IMG/VR virus record: IMGVR_UViG_3300031521_000029
Location: 38,171 to 102,170 of that record
Strand: one strand, 5' to 3'
DNA length: 64,000 nucleotides
Source of the DNA: a virus
A program made the position numbers and the translations under genes. This document shows, in pieces, positions 9,582 to 18,253 of this stretch (positions within the stretch are counted from its first letter, which is position 1; the number at the start of each line of letters is the position of its first letter). The notes below the pieces were generated by a model. The model made no database searches. It was given only the letters and a program-made list of their open reading frames with translations, and was not told where the DNA came from.

Positions 9582-9971
9582 TTATCCTTTTAATAGCATC
9601 TTCTTAGTCATTACATCAGAGTATGTAACTCTATTTTCAACAGGACTATCAATCACTCCCAACTTTTGTTTTAACATTGCCAATGCAGCTATGGGAGACA
9701 TTTTTCCACAATTAAATCCAACAATCCCATACTTTAAACAAAAATCTTCAAGAGTTTTAATATCTTTTTCTAAATAGTTTTGTTTTGGTGTAGTATCAAT
9801 TGACTCGCCTGAATCAGTTAGTTTCTTTTTGACCATTAATTGATGTGGGTCAAACGAACCATCTTTAGTTACTGTCGGAATTCTTTGAGAAATAACTTGT
9901 TCCATACTTGGCATAGTTGGATATGCATCAAATTCAAAATGTAACTGATTAGATTGATTAAAATCGTTCAT
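9582..9971 (-). CDS. Hypothetical protein
   Basis: 129-aa ORF in operon. Confidence 0.65.
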   Translation of the reverse strand: MNDFNQSNQLHFEFDAYPTMPSMEQVISQRIPTVTKDGSFDPHQLMVKKKLTDSGESIDTTPKQNYLEKDIKTLEDFCLKYGIVGFNCGKMSPIAALAMLKQKLGVIDSPVENRVTYSDVMTKKMLLKG

Positions 9972-9973
9972 AA

Positions 9974-11116
9974 TTAACCTTTATAACTCATTTTCTTTGG
10001 TGGATATTCGTTACCCATAGAATATGTCTTTTCTGAAACTTTTTGTTTTTTAGGAATTGGAGATTTTCCATTATATCCTGATTTTTTATCTTTAGTTTTC
10101 TTTTGGTCTTCCCAATCCCTAAACAACATATTACCTAACAAATATGCTTGTTTTTCCATCTGACGCAACCAAGGATTCTTTTGAGCATATTGAGGGTCGT
10201 TAGCTCCTACCGGACTTTCTCCGACTTCATGAAGTTTTTCATTCTCATGCTGCCAGTGATGAATTATTTCATGAGCAAATGAACGAAGAATATCTTTTTG
10301 ATGACGATTGGTAACGAACAATGCAACTTCCTTTTCAGCAGGATTGTAATATGCAGTTTTGCCAAGAACTTTTTCAGCATTCTTTTCATCTGAAACTAGC
10401 TTAACACTTGGGATGGTTTTTAACTGCAATTCTTTTTGTAAGTAAGCAAATAATTGTCCTAAATGGGTTTTGAATGTATCTAAATTTTCAGGCATCATAC
10501 TCTCTATAAATAGAGAACGAGTATCGTTACTCACACATTTAGTTTCCATTAAATCTATAATTTTATTTTTAATGTTTAATGTTTTATTATATTCAATTGC
10601 AAGATTTTTTAAATTTCTTAATTGTATGTTTGTAGGTTCATTAACATTATTAGTAACATAAATCGTAAATGGAGTTATAACTACACGCATAAACTTTAAA
10701 TCATATAACATTTTATAAATTCCTAATAACCCTTTCTCATTAGGAACATCACTATATGCGTCATATGAATCATAAGGAATATTTTTTTCATTAAAATAAT
10801 CCTCTGCCCACAACTCATGTCCCTCGACAGCATGATTAAAATTTCCACTTGGGTCTAACCAATACTCGGATTCTCTTAATCTAGGTTTATCGTCATTTAC
10901 TTCCCAAAGACCTTTGAACAAATCTTTAGATTGTGTAGGAATATCAGAATGACCAACGTAGCCACCTTCACGTTCCTCCATAGGAATCGTAGATGGTACT
11001 GGCTTTACTTCATATGGAACCGAATCATCAAAATAATCACTAAAACTAAGCCCTTCCCGTTGTAACATTATACGTCGGTATTCACTTAGTTTTTTTTGTG
11101 ATATATTTTTGTCCAC
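9974..11116 (-). CDS. Multidomain protein with a C-terminal Zn-metallopeptidase-like domain
   Basis: KDILRSFAHEIIHHWQHE...EKQAY (HExxH...E); N-terminal YWLDPSG...GHELWA module. Confidence 0.65.
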   Translation of the reverse strand: MDKNISQKKLSEYRRIMLQREGLSFSDYFDDSVPYEVKPVPSTIPMEEREGGYVGHSDIPTQSKDLFKGLWEVNDDKPRLRESEYWLDPSGNFNHAVEGHELWAEDYFNEKNIPYDSYDAYSDVPNEKGLLGIYKMLYDLKFMRVVITPFTIYVTNNVNEPTNIQLRNLKNLAIEYNKTLNIKNKIIDLMETKCVSNDTRSLFIESMMPENLDTFKTHLGQLFAYLQKELQLKTIPSVKLVSDEKNAEKVLGKTAYYNPAEKEVALFVTNRHQKDILRSFAHEIIHHWQHENEKLHEVGESPVGANDPQYAQKNPWLRQMEKQAYLLGNMLFRDWEDQKKTKDKKSGYNGKSPIPKKQKVSEKTYSMGNEYPPKKMSYKG

Positions 11117-11121
11117 ATGTA

Positions 11122-12636
11122 TTAAGATTTCTTCTTATGAACTCCGCTGGTGGTTTTCTTTGCCTTTTTATGTTTTAGGCTTTGAGAAAAGGTAGATTTC
11201 TTGGATTTTTGTCCCTTTGCAATTGTCTTTGCAACTTTACTTACGCCTTCATCCAAATCGTCGGCCCAACGGGTTTTTGGGTCTTGTTTATAATTACCGT
11301 GATTAGCTGTTCTATAAGAACTATGTTGAGTTGCTCCGATACCAGCCTCACTAACTTGTGGGTCATATTGATTGGTTCTAGCAGTATCATCTCCAGTTAC
11401 TTTGTATTGTCTTGGTTGAACCGTTTTATAAGATGGCCCCATTTTCATATTAACCGTTTCATCTACGTCTTTAGTATCAGTGTGACTAAATCCATCATGA
11501 CCGAAATCACCCTCTTCACCATGTTTGGATGGACAATCGCATAAATAATTTTGTTTTCCACATCCAGGACATCTTTTATAATCATTTGGACTGGTTTCAG
11601 TTGATGCAATATCATAATCACTACGTTCTCCATCTTCATACAAATTAGGTTCTGTTCCACCTTGAGAAAGTCCATTATTTCTTTTAACTACCGACACATT
11701 ATCAATCTTTTCACGAAGCGATATAAATTCCATCAATTCATCAGAAGACAAGGTACGTTGTTCATTTGCCAATTCAACATAACGTTCATTCATCTTCGTT
11801 TCTTCTTCTTCATCGTACATTTCAGTAATTTCAGGTTCATATTGATTAGTTCTGGCTGTGTCATCATCCATCACTTTGTATTGTCTTGGCTGAACTGTCT
11901 TATATGAGGCGCCCATCTTCATGTTAACTTTTTCTTCGTTGATTTTCACCCATCTACCGGACGTTTTATCATATTTGATTTCTTTCAATACGTCTTTTAC
12001 AATTTTACGAATCTTCTGTTTACTTTCAGAAAGTTGTGGAGTTGCAGCAATAGTTCCTTGACTATTTGGGCCGCCTTGTTTCTGTCCTTCACCTGGAACT
12101 ACTTGTCCGCCCACAGTTTTAGAAACCAATGAGCTATCTACTGGTTTTCCACCTGCGGTAATTTGTTCTTTATCATTTGTCTGTTGAACACGGATTCCAC
12201 CTTTATCTTTGTTAATGCCTCTACCGACAGTTGTCATGCCAGATTGTTCGCCTGACGCGGACGTTCCACTTAAACCACCAACATTGATAATTTTACCCAT
12301 CATGATTGGTTGTCCGACATGAGGAACTGCCAATGCGCCGCCAATCGTTGGGAGGCCGCCGTTATCATCATATTCATTGCCTGGTTCTTCAACTTCGCAA
12401 CCACATTCATCTATCTCTTCTTCTTCAAGGCCGGCTTTTGAAAGTTTACTATAATAGTGTGGGTCTTCTTTCAAATGGTCGCCTGCAATCTTCGCAGCCA
12501 CGAATTCATCATTAGTATGTTCTTTTTCAGTTCCAATACCTTGGTTAAATTCTTTTTGGTCAACGCCTTCTGGGATAAGACGTTGAATGTCTTTCGCAGT
12601 CGCCTTTTTATTTTTGAAGAAATCTCGATAGTTCAT
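11122..12636 (-). CDS. Acidic, largely disordered protein, probable internal head protein (DUF5661-like N-terminus)
   Basis: EKEHTND..AAKIAGDHLKEDPHYYSKL; many [LIV]xE sites; internal 36-aa repeat; TATTTATA 4 nt before ATG. Confidence 0.6.
   Translation of the reverse strand: MNYRDFFKNKKATAKDIQRLIPEGVDQKEFNQGIGTEKEHTNDEFVAAKIAGDHLKEDPHYYSKLSKAGLEEEEIDECGCEVEEPGNEYDDNGGLPTIGGALAVPHVGQPIMMGKIINVGGLSGTSASGEQSGMTTVGRGINKDKGGIRVQQTNDKEQITAGGKPVDSSLVSKTVGGQVVPGEGQKQGGPNSQGTIAATPQLSESKQKIRKIVKDVLKEIKYDKTSGRWVKINEEKVNMKMGASYKTVQPRQYKVMDDDTARTNQYEPEITEMYDEEEETKMNERYVELANEQRTLSSDELMEFISLREKIDNVSVVKRNNGLSQGGTEPNLYEDGERSDYDIASTETSPNDYKRCPGCGKQNYLCDCPSKHGEEGDFGHDGFSHTDTKDVDETVNMKMGPSYKTVQPRQYKVTGDDTARTNQYDPQVSEAGIGATQHSSYRTANHGNYKQDPKTRWADDLDEGVSKVAKTIAKGQKSKKSTFSQSLKHKKAKKTTSGVHKKKS
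11363..11928 (-). repeat. Two ~92-bp intragenic repeats (11363-11454 and 11837-11928)
   Basis: Encode VNMKMG[AP]SYKTVQPRQYKV..DDTARTNQY[ED], with many synonymous differences. Confidence 0.9.
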
Positions 12637-12640
12637 AAAG

Positions 12641-12648
12641 TATAAATA
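12641..12648 (-). promoter_or_regulatory. Putative phage late-promoter motif TATTTATA (representative copy)
   Basis: Same motif or a one/two-base variant 3-7 nt before ATG at 179, 5265, 8385, 13406, 17803, 25191, 37159, 43354, 48521, 53702. Confidence 0.7.
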
Positions 12649-12678
12649 TTGGTTTGTATTGTTAAAATTGACAAAATG

Positions 12679-13398
12679 TTAGATTCCACTTCTCGTAGAA
12701 CATCGTCTATTGGACAAGTCTTTAAAAATTTGATTTAATTCTGGAGTTGCGGCTTTTGCTGCCGTTTTCTTTCTTGCTGCAATCATTTCATCAAGAACGC
12801 TTTTTGTTTTAGAAAATGTACTTTCTTTTACTGTTTCGTCCACCTTCATTTTTTTATCATCAATGTTTAACATATCAAGTCTACTATAATAATGTGGGTC
12901 TGTTTTCATGTTTTTTATAACAGTTTGTTTAGCTATCATTTTGTCTTTCTTCACCATGTTCCCCAGTTCATATTGAAGAGCGGACATAACTTCATCAGGA
13001 GAAGGAGTTTGTTCTTTTCCTTTAAATAATTGGTCAACTTTAGGGTCGAGTTCTTTATCCGGGTCTAATGGCTTTTGGGATTTTTGAACATCGTAATTAG
13101 TATCGGGACTAACAGTATTTGGCTTTGTTAATCTTACCGTATCCCCAGTATCAGGCGTTGTACTTATCGTGTTTGAGTTTCTTCCGATTCTATCAGGACG
13201 GTCGGGTGGTTGCATCATTGCAGAAGATGTGGATTCGGTATTAGAAGCCATATGGTTCGTCGTCTTATCAGATGAAGAAAATTTCGATGGGTCTTGTGTA
13301 CTACTATTTGGCGTTCCATAAGAGCCGCCATAAGACATACCACCAGAACCACCTGGGGAACCATCAAAACTATTTTCTATAAAGATTTTTTTTGCCAT
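12679..13398 (-). CDS. Probable internal head protein
   Basis: LQYEL...AKQTVIKNMKTDPHYYSRL resembles the DPHYYS motif of the adjacent gene; late-type motif upstream. Confidence 0.55.
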   Translation of the reverse strand: MAKKIFIENSFDGSPGGSGGMSYGGSYGTPNSSTQDPSKFSSSDKTTNHMASNTESTSSAMMQPPDRPDRIGRNSNTISTTPDTGDTVRLTKPNTVSPDTNYDVQKSQKPLDPDKELDPKVDQLFKGKEQTPSPDEVMSALQYELGNMVKKDKMIAKQTVIKNMKTDPHYYSRLDMLNIDDKKMKVDETVKESTFSKTKSVLDEMIAARKKTAAKAATPELNQIFKDLSNRRCSTRSGI

Positions 13399-13450
13399 AT
13401 ACCACTATAAATAGTAAATGCTACTTAGAAACCTTTAGATATAGACGCAT

Positions 13451-13479
13451 AAAAAACCGACACCATAAGATGTCGGTTT
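13451..13479 (-). terminator. Intrinsic terminator
   Basis: AAACCGACA...TGTCGGTTT stem with a U-tract on the minus strand, directly after the NDT-like gene. Confidence 0.75.
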
Positions 13480-13485
13480 AATGTG

Positions 13486-14022
13486 TTATCTATATTCTTT
13501 TCGTAATAGTCGCCAGCGGTCGGAATCGATTTCCTTTTCACCAGTATCGATTTTTATCAACATATTCAATATATCATCAATGTTATTATAAATATACTTA
13601 TGTGGAAACATTCCCATTATCCAAAACGGACATTTCTTTTTACCACCTTCTACAGCAATAAACGTCGGTTTCTTCATTCTTACAGCCGTTACCAACTCTT
13701 CCACTGTTCCGTATGTAGGATATGTTGGATTAAGATATGCTACTATAAAATCAGACCTATCAACTAAATTTAAGTCATACGCTCTAATTTCTCGCATTCT
13801 TTCTTGAACTTCATCATACTTTTCACCGTCCATAAGTTCATTTATATGCTTTCTGGTAGCATCGTTTTCCTGAATATCCTTCAGAAATGGTTTATGATAT
13901 GGATTGAAGACTGTCACGGCCATTTTTTCCAAAATAGGCGTTATTTTACTTCTCCAAGCCTCTCCGTTATTATACTGCATCGGCCCAGCTAAATACGTCT
14001 TCGTTCTATATAACACATTCAT
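13486..14022 (-). CDS. Nucleoside 2-deoxyribosyltransferase-like / nucleotide N-hydrolase family protein
   Basis: TYLAGPM, FNPY, YDLNLVDRSDFIVAYL, YGTVEEL; likely start MNVLY at 14022. Confidence 0.8.
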   Translation of the reverse strand: MNVLYRTKTYLAGPMQYNNGEAWRSKITPILEKMAVTVFNPYHKPFLKDIQENDATRKHINELMDGEKYDEVQERMREIRAYDLNLVDRSDFIVAYLNPTYPTYGTVEELVTAVRMKKPTFIAVEGGKKKCPFWIMGMFPHKYIYNNIDDILNMLIKIDTGEKEIDSDRWRLLRKEYR

Positions 14023-14023
14023 A

Positions 14024-14272
14024 TCAACCTTGATTTGACCTGGCCACGATTTGTATGGCAACATTATGAGCAGATGCAAACTGAAGAATTTCCTTCATTT
14101 CCAACACAGGATTATACGAACAATGAATTTCAATTGTAGGTTTCATATGCGTCGGATGCATCTCTATAAACTCTGCTCTATCGAACCATTGTTTGTTTTT
14201 ATTAACATCGTAAAACTCACCCAGCAATACACGATGGTCGATTCTCTTTGGCATTTTTCTTGGTAATTCCAT
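14024..14272 (-). CDS. Hypothetical protein
   Basis: 82-aa ORF in operon. Confidence 0.6.
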   Translation of the reverse strand: MELPRKMPKRIDHRVLLGEFYDVNKNKQWFDRAEFIEMHPTHMKPTIEIHCSYNPVLEMKEILQFASAHNVAIQIVARSNQG

Positions 14273-14283
14273 AAACTATTCCT

Positions 14284-15252
14284 TTATTTTAAATGTTTTA
14301 GTATTTTATACATACACGCCAAAAACGTTATGTCTCTGACTTTTGGTATAACTAACTGCATTTGCCAGTTAAGTTCACCCAATTCGTATATAATCAATGC
14401 TTCCTTACCTTTTGCGTAATCATCCACCTTATCAAACAAGTGATGTACCACAGTTTCCAACGACGTAGCATCAAATTCCGTTGTAAGTTTTCTAATTTCG
14501 TCAAAAACACCAGCCTCATGTGGATTTTTTAACAGTTCCACCAAATTATTCAAAGAATCTACTTCAACAGCATTTTCTCTTGAAATTTTAATTTTCAGTT
14601 CTCCGGTTTCACCTTCCAATGTAGATTGTTGGGCGAAATTGATTACCTTACGTATGTCAGGATAATATGTGTTGACAATGAAGATTACATCTTCTTGTGT
14701 GAATGATACATTCTCGGTCTGTAAAATATTGACCAACTTTAACGCCACTTCCTTTTTAGAAACCGGTTTGATTTCAAACGTCTGCATTCTTGACGACAAC
14801 GGAGAAATAATTTTTTCAACATAATTACACGTCAAAATAAATCTTGTATGCGCCGAATATGTTTCGGTCATATTTCTCAAAGCCGCCTGCGCTTCTGGTG
14901 ACAACCTATCTGCCTCATCGAGAATGATTACCTTGAGAGGTTTGAAGCCCACCGAACAAGCAAAATTCTTCATTTTAACTCTAACATCCTCAACACTGTT
15001 TTCGTCCGATGCATTTATATACATTACGTCACATGGTATTGATTTTGTTAAAAGTTTTGCTAAAGATGTTTTACCTGTTCCGGCGGGGCCGAACAGTAGA
15101 ATCTGCGGAATCTCATTTTTTTTAATAAATTGAGCAAACGTTTCCTTTACAGTTTCATTACCAATATATTCGTCCATATTAGCAGGTCGATATCGTTCAA
15201 CCCACAATGAATGGTCTTTCTTTGGTTTTCTGTTCTCTTCAATAAAGTCCAT
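14284..15252 (-). CDS. Clamp loader ATPase subunit (T4 gp44/RFC small-subunit-like)
   Basis: LWVERYRP, GPAGTGKT, INASDE, IILDEAD, LSSRM, YPDIRK. Confidence 0.93.
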   Translation of the reverse strand: MDFIEENRKPKKDHSLWVERYRPANMDEYIGNETVKETFAQFIKKNEIPQILLFGPAGTGKTSLAKLLTKSIPCDVMYINASDENSVEDVRVKMKNFACSVGFKPLKVIILDEADRLSPEAQAALRNMTETYSAHTRFILTCNYVEKIISPLSSRMQTFEIKPVSKKEVALKLVNILQTENVSFTQEDVIFIVNTYYPDIRKVINFAQQSTLEGETGELKIKISRENAVEVDSLNNLVELLKNPHEAGVFDEIRKLTTEFDATSLETVVHHLFDKVDDYAKGKEALIIYELGELNWQMQLVIPKVRDITFLACMYKILKHLK

Positions 15253-15266
15253 ATCGTTTGTTTATT

Positions 15267-15452
15267 TTACTTTGAGAACTTGAATTTAAGCTTACAAAGT
15301 TGAGTCTTAGACTTCAAAGAAGTCTTGACGGACTTGACCAACGACGCCATTTGATTCTTGGTACCAACCATATCAGCATATGGGCCGACCCAACGACCTT
15401 GACTTTTGTAGAACAACCCATAATACTCTTTATTTGTTTTATTTAACTTCAT
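15267..15452 (-). CDS. Small basic hypothetical protein
   Basis: 61 aa with AAGGA RBS upstream. Confidence 0.55.
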   Translation of the reverse strand: MKLNKTNKEYYGLFYKSQGRWVGPYADMVGTKNQMASLVKSVKTSLKSKTQLCKLKFKFSK

Positions 15453-15494
15453 ATTTTTCCTTTTTGTGTGTGTGTGTTTATTTTTCCTTACAAA

Positions 15495-16256
15495 TTAATC
15501 TTCCACGTCAACTTTTACCAAATAGTATTGACTCTTAATTCCATCCTTGTTAAATGCGACTCCTGCCAAGCCGGCATCACAAATTTGAAGAACCGAATCA
15601 TCACAATCACTGTTAGCTGACAAAATTTCTTTCAAACTCTTTGCGGTAAAACTGATAGGATTCTTAATCGTATCTTTTCCTGTATTAGTTGTAACGTATT
15701 CACCGAGAGCGATACGGTCTGAGTTGCCGGTTGACTTATAACCAAACACAACATCAAGTTTTCTAGTTTTCTTACTCATCACCACCGTGAACAACGCACC
15801 GTCATCACCCAAAGCAGAAAATGCTTTGGCGAACTTATCATTAAATTCGGGGGTAAGTTTGATTTCAACATCAAACGGAGGAATGTTCTTCATGGAAGGA
15901 ACTGGGTCAATTGCTGACGGTTCTGATGTAACATAATCAACCAACATCTTTCCATCATCCACCAACACTTTACGAGCCCGTGTATTATCCTTGTCATCAA
16001 CATCCAGAGTCAACGCCACGGTTTCGCCCATCAAAGATAGCATCTTCTTCAATCTGTCTGTGGTTAGAATTCCGACGTCTTGACCACTAATAAATCCTGT
16101 TGCGGCCTTTTCTAATTGAACCGATGCGAACAACTTCTTATCAGAAGTCATGGCAGTGACGGCCAAATCATCACCGACGTTCCTCCAGATGACAGAATTA
16201 ATCGTTCCACCCAAAGTATATTTTTTAATAAATGTTTCAATTTTTTGTTTTTCCAT
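15495..16256 (-). CDS. Sliding clamp (T4 gp45-like)
   Basis: 253-aa beta-rich two-domain protein upstream of the clamp loader, ending SQYYLVKV. Confidence 0.8.
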   Translation of the reverse strand: MEKQKIETFIKKYTLGGTINSVIWRNVGDDLAVTAMTSDKKLFASVQLEKAATGFISGQDVGILTTDRLKKMLSLMGETVALTLDVDDKDNTRARKVLVDDGKMLVDYVTSEPSAIDPVPSMKNIPPFDVEIKLTPEFNDKFAKAFSALGDDGALFTVVMSKKTRKLDVVFGYKSTGNSDRIALGEYVTTNTGKDTIKNPISFTAKSLKEILSANSDCDDSVLQICDAGLAGVAFNKDGIKSQYYLVKVDVED

Positions 16257-16316
16257 AATTTTATAATCTCTCTTAATTGTTCATACACTATATCACAGTA
16301 AATTCAGAAGGTCTAT

Positions 16317-16481
16317 TTATTTTATTTTGCAATATAATTGAACTGCATTTTTACAATACCAACACGATACAAAATTAAAATATTCTTTATATCCATTTTC
16401 TTTTAAGAGCTTAATCGATTCTTTAGTTAAAAAATGATTATTATCGGCCCCACATTTAGAACATACACCAGATGCTTTCAT
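16317..16481 (-). CDS. 54-aa Cys4 zinc-finger protein (not in the ORF track)
   Basis: MKASGVCSKCG...VSCWYCKN; ATGA overlap with the macrodomain gene stop. Confidence 0.6.
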   Translation of the reverse strand: MKASGVCSKCGADNNHFLTKESIKLLKENGYKEYFNFVSCWYCKNAVQLYCKIK

Positions 16482-17023
16482 AGAAAATTTTCAAGAGTGA
16501 ATTGTGGCTTTTTAGGAGCTTCGTCAGGAAGACAAAGGGTGATATCAACACCAAATTTATCAGCAAAAGGAAGAAGTTCTTTTGTAAGAATTAGTTTAAT
16601 TTCATCTCGTTCTGGTACAGGTGTAAATCCTGTAACTTTTCCAAACGGCCCCCGACGTCCATTTTTTCCGCCAGGCAAAGGTAAATTAACCGATGTGATA
16701 TCATTCTCAAGAATGACTAACTTTAAAGACTTGATTGAAGATTCCAACCATTCGAGGGTACTCCAATGTCGCCAGTCGTCTTTTACTGCAAGTCCTAAAA
16801 CATAATGATAGTCGGTTGTATCATCAGTATGCCAAACATAACAATCGCCAGGACGAATTAAATGTTTTTCACATTTATCCTTGTAATCATTAAACATCTT
16901 TGGATATCTATTTTTAAATTCCAAAGCTATACCAGCCCCCATGACGCCAACACAATTAATTGTATTTACATACGCATCGGCAGTCAAATCAAACACTGAT
17001 TTATAAACAACTTTAAAACTCAT
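16478..17023 (-). CDS. Macrodomain ADP-ribosylhydrolase (DarG/TARG1-like)
   Basis: ADAYVNTINCVGVMGAGIALEFKNRYPKMF. Confidence 0.85.
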   Translation of the reverse strand: MSFKVVYKSVFDLTADAYVNTINCVGVMGAGIALEFKNRYPKMFNDYKDKCEKHLIRPGDCYVWHTDDTTDYHYVLGLAVKDDWRHWSTLEWLESSIKSLKLVILENDITSVNLPLPGGKNGRRGPFGKVTGFTPVPERDEIKLILTKELLPFADKFGVDITLCLPDEAPKKPQFTLENFL

Positions 17024-17060
17024 AACAGATTAAAACATTATCTCTCCATTATAACAAATG

Positions 17061-17600
17061 TCAAGCATCTTTGATTTTATAATCAACATCGACCTTATGT
17101 TCCTTTAACAGAACTGATATAATGTCTATTCTCGGAATTTTATATCCGTAAGAACGAAAAGTTTTTCCATCGCTACTTCGATTTGGAATAGCGATGGGTT
17201 TTACTTTATTTTCTTTAATATATTTATCAAGAAATTTACAAAGGGATTTTGGTTCAAACCAAAAAAATACTTTATCATTCATGTAATAATACACAAAATA
17301 ATCTATTTTATGTTCTTTTGAACGCCACGGGCCGCCGAGAAGTTCTTTTTCGTCCGGTAATATGGTGTTCTTTTCCATGAAAAAATTTACAGTCTTTTCC
17401 ATAGAATAACTGTCAGTCTTCAATTCAACGGTTTTTCCGTTATTCAATGTAAAATCAATTTTTCGATTCTTTACACTCTTGACAGGTTCCAACGATTCAT
17501 ATATCTTGATGAAATCAGATTCTCCGATGTCACCAATACGCAGTTGGTCTTTAAAGTTAAAGACCTTCCCTTTTTTTTGTGTCATAATGTTTTTGACCAA
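17061..17600 (-). CDS. PD-(D/E)XK nuclease-like protein
   Basis: GDIGE...IDF...VELKTD; start codon uncertain (TTG at 17600 or ATG of MTQKK). Confidence 0.65.
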   Translation of the reverse strand: MVKNIMTQKKGKVFNFKDQLRIGDIGESDFIKIYESLEPVKSVKNRKIDFTLNNGKTVELKTDSYSMEKTVNFFMEKNTILPDEKELLGGPWRSKEHKIDYFVYYYMNDKVFFWFEPKSLCKFLDKYIKENKVKPIAIPNRSSDGKTFRSYGYKIPRIDIISVLLKEHKVDVDYKIKDA

Positions 17601-17609
17601 CCTACTAAA

Positions 17610-17795
17610 TTATTTCAAAGTCTTTCCAATGCTAGGATGTCTTTGAACTTCTTCTTGAACGAAAGCATCCAAACGTGAATTCATACGTGTTAAAAATTCA
17701 CCACTTACTCTGGTAAATTTTCCAGCCCGATTGGACTTACTAAGTTCAAGGGCCATCCGTTTAACTGCTTGTCTATTAATTAAAGGTGTATTCAT
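17610..17795 (-). CDS. Histone-fold-like small protein
   Basis: LINRQAVKRMA (alpha1), RVSGEF (L1), long alpha2, GKTL (L2). Confidence 0.6.
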   Translation of the reverse strand: MNTPLINRQAVKRMALELSKSNRAGKFTRVSGEFLTRMNSRLDAFVQEEVQRHPSIGKTLK

Positions 17796-17826
17796 ATTTT
17801 AATGTAAATATATCAGAGTATTTTTG

Positions 17827-18249
17827 TTAGTCAACTTTATACATTTCTTTAACATAAAATCTATCGGCGTGTTCGCCTCGTTTAAAAGATAACGCCATTG
17901 CAATCAACCAACTAACATTTGGAATAATATCCAATGGTAAAGAACAAATATAGCAAAGTGTAACTTTTTCATCAGTCATACTAATTGGCGTTTCATCACA
18001 ATAACTATAGTAACAATATACTTCGTAATTTTTATCATCTGTAATTGTTGCGTACCAAGTCCAATCGGTTATGGTTAGTCCCGCCTCTTCTCTAAATTCA
18101 CGTTCCATGGCATCTTTAGCAGATTCATTTAACTCAATCTTACCACCAATACCATTTAACTTGCCATTTTGCCAAGCAGGTTTTGTCTTACGAATTAACC
18201 ATACACTACCATTAGTGGAAAACAAAAATCCTAATACATAACTATTCAT
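17827..18249 (-). CDS. NUDIX hydrolase
   Basis: GGKIELNESAKDAMEREFREEAGL Nudix box. Confidence 0.92.
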   Translation of the reverse strand: MNSYVLGFLFSTNGSVWLIRKTKPAWQNGKLNGIGGKIELNESAKDAMEREFREEAGLTITDWTWYATITDDKNYEVYCYYSYCDETPISMTDEKVTLCYICSLPLDIIPNVSWLIAMALSFKRGEHADRFYVKEMYKVD

Positions 18250-18253
18250 ATTT

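Noticed and set aside
15465-15476. (TG)6 microsatellite as a phase-variation tract
   Set aside because: Short and intergenic, just upstream of an RBS; no evidence of length variation from a single sequence.
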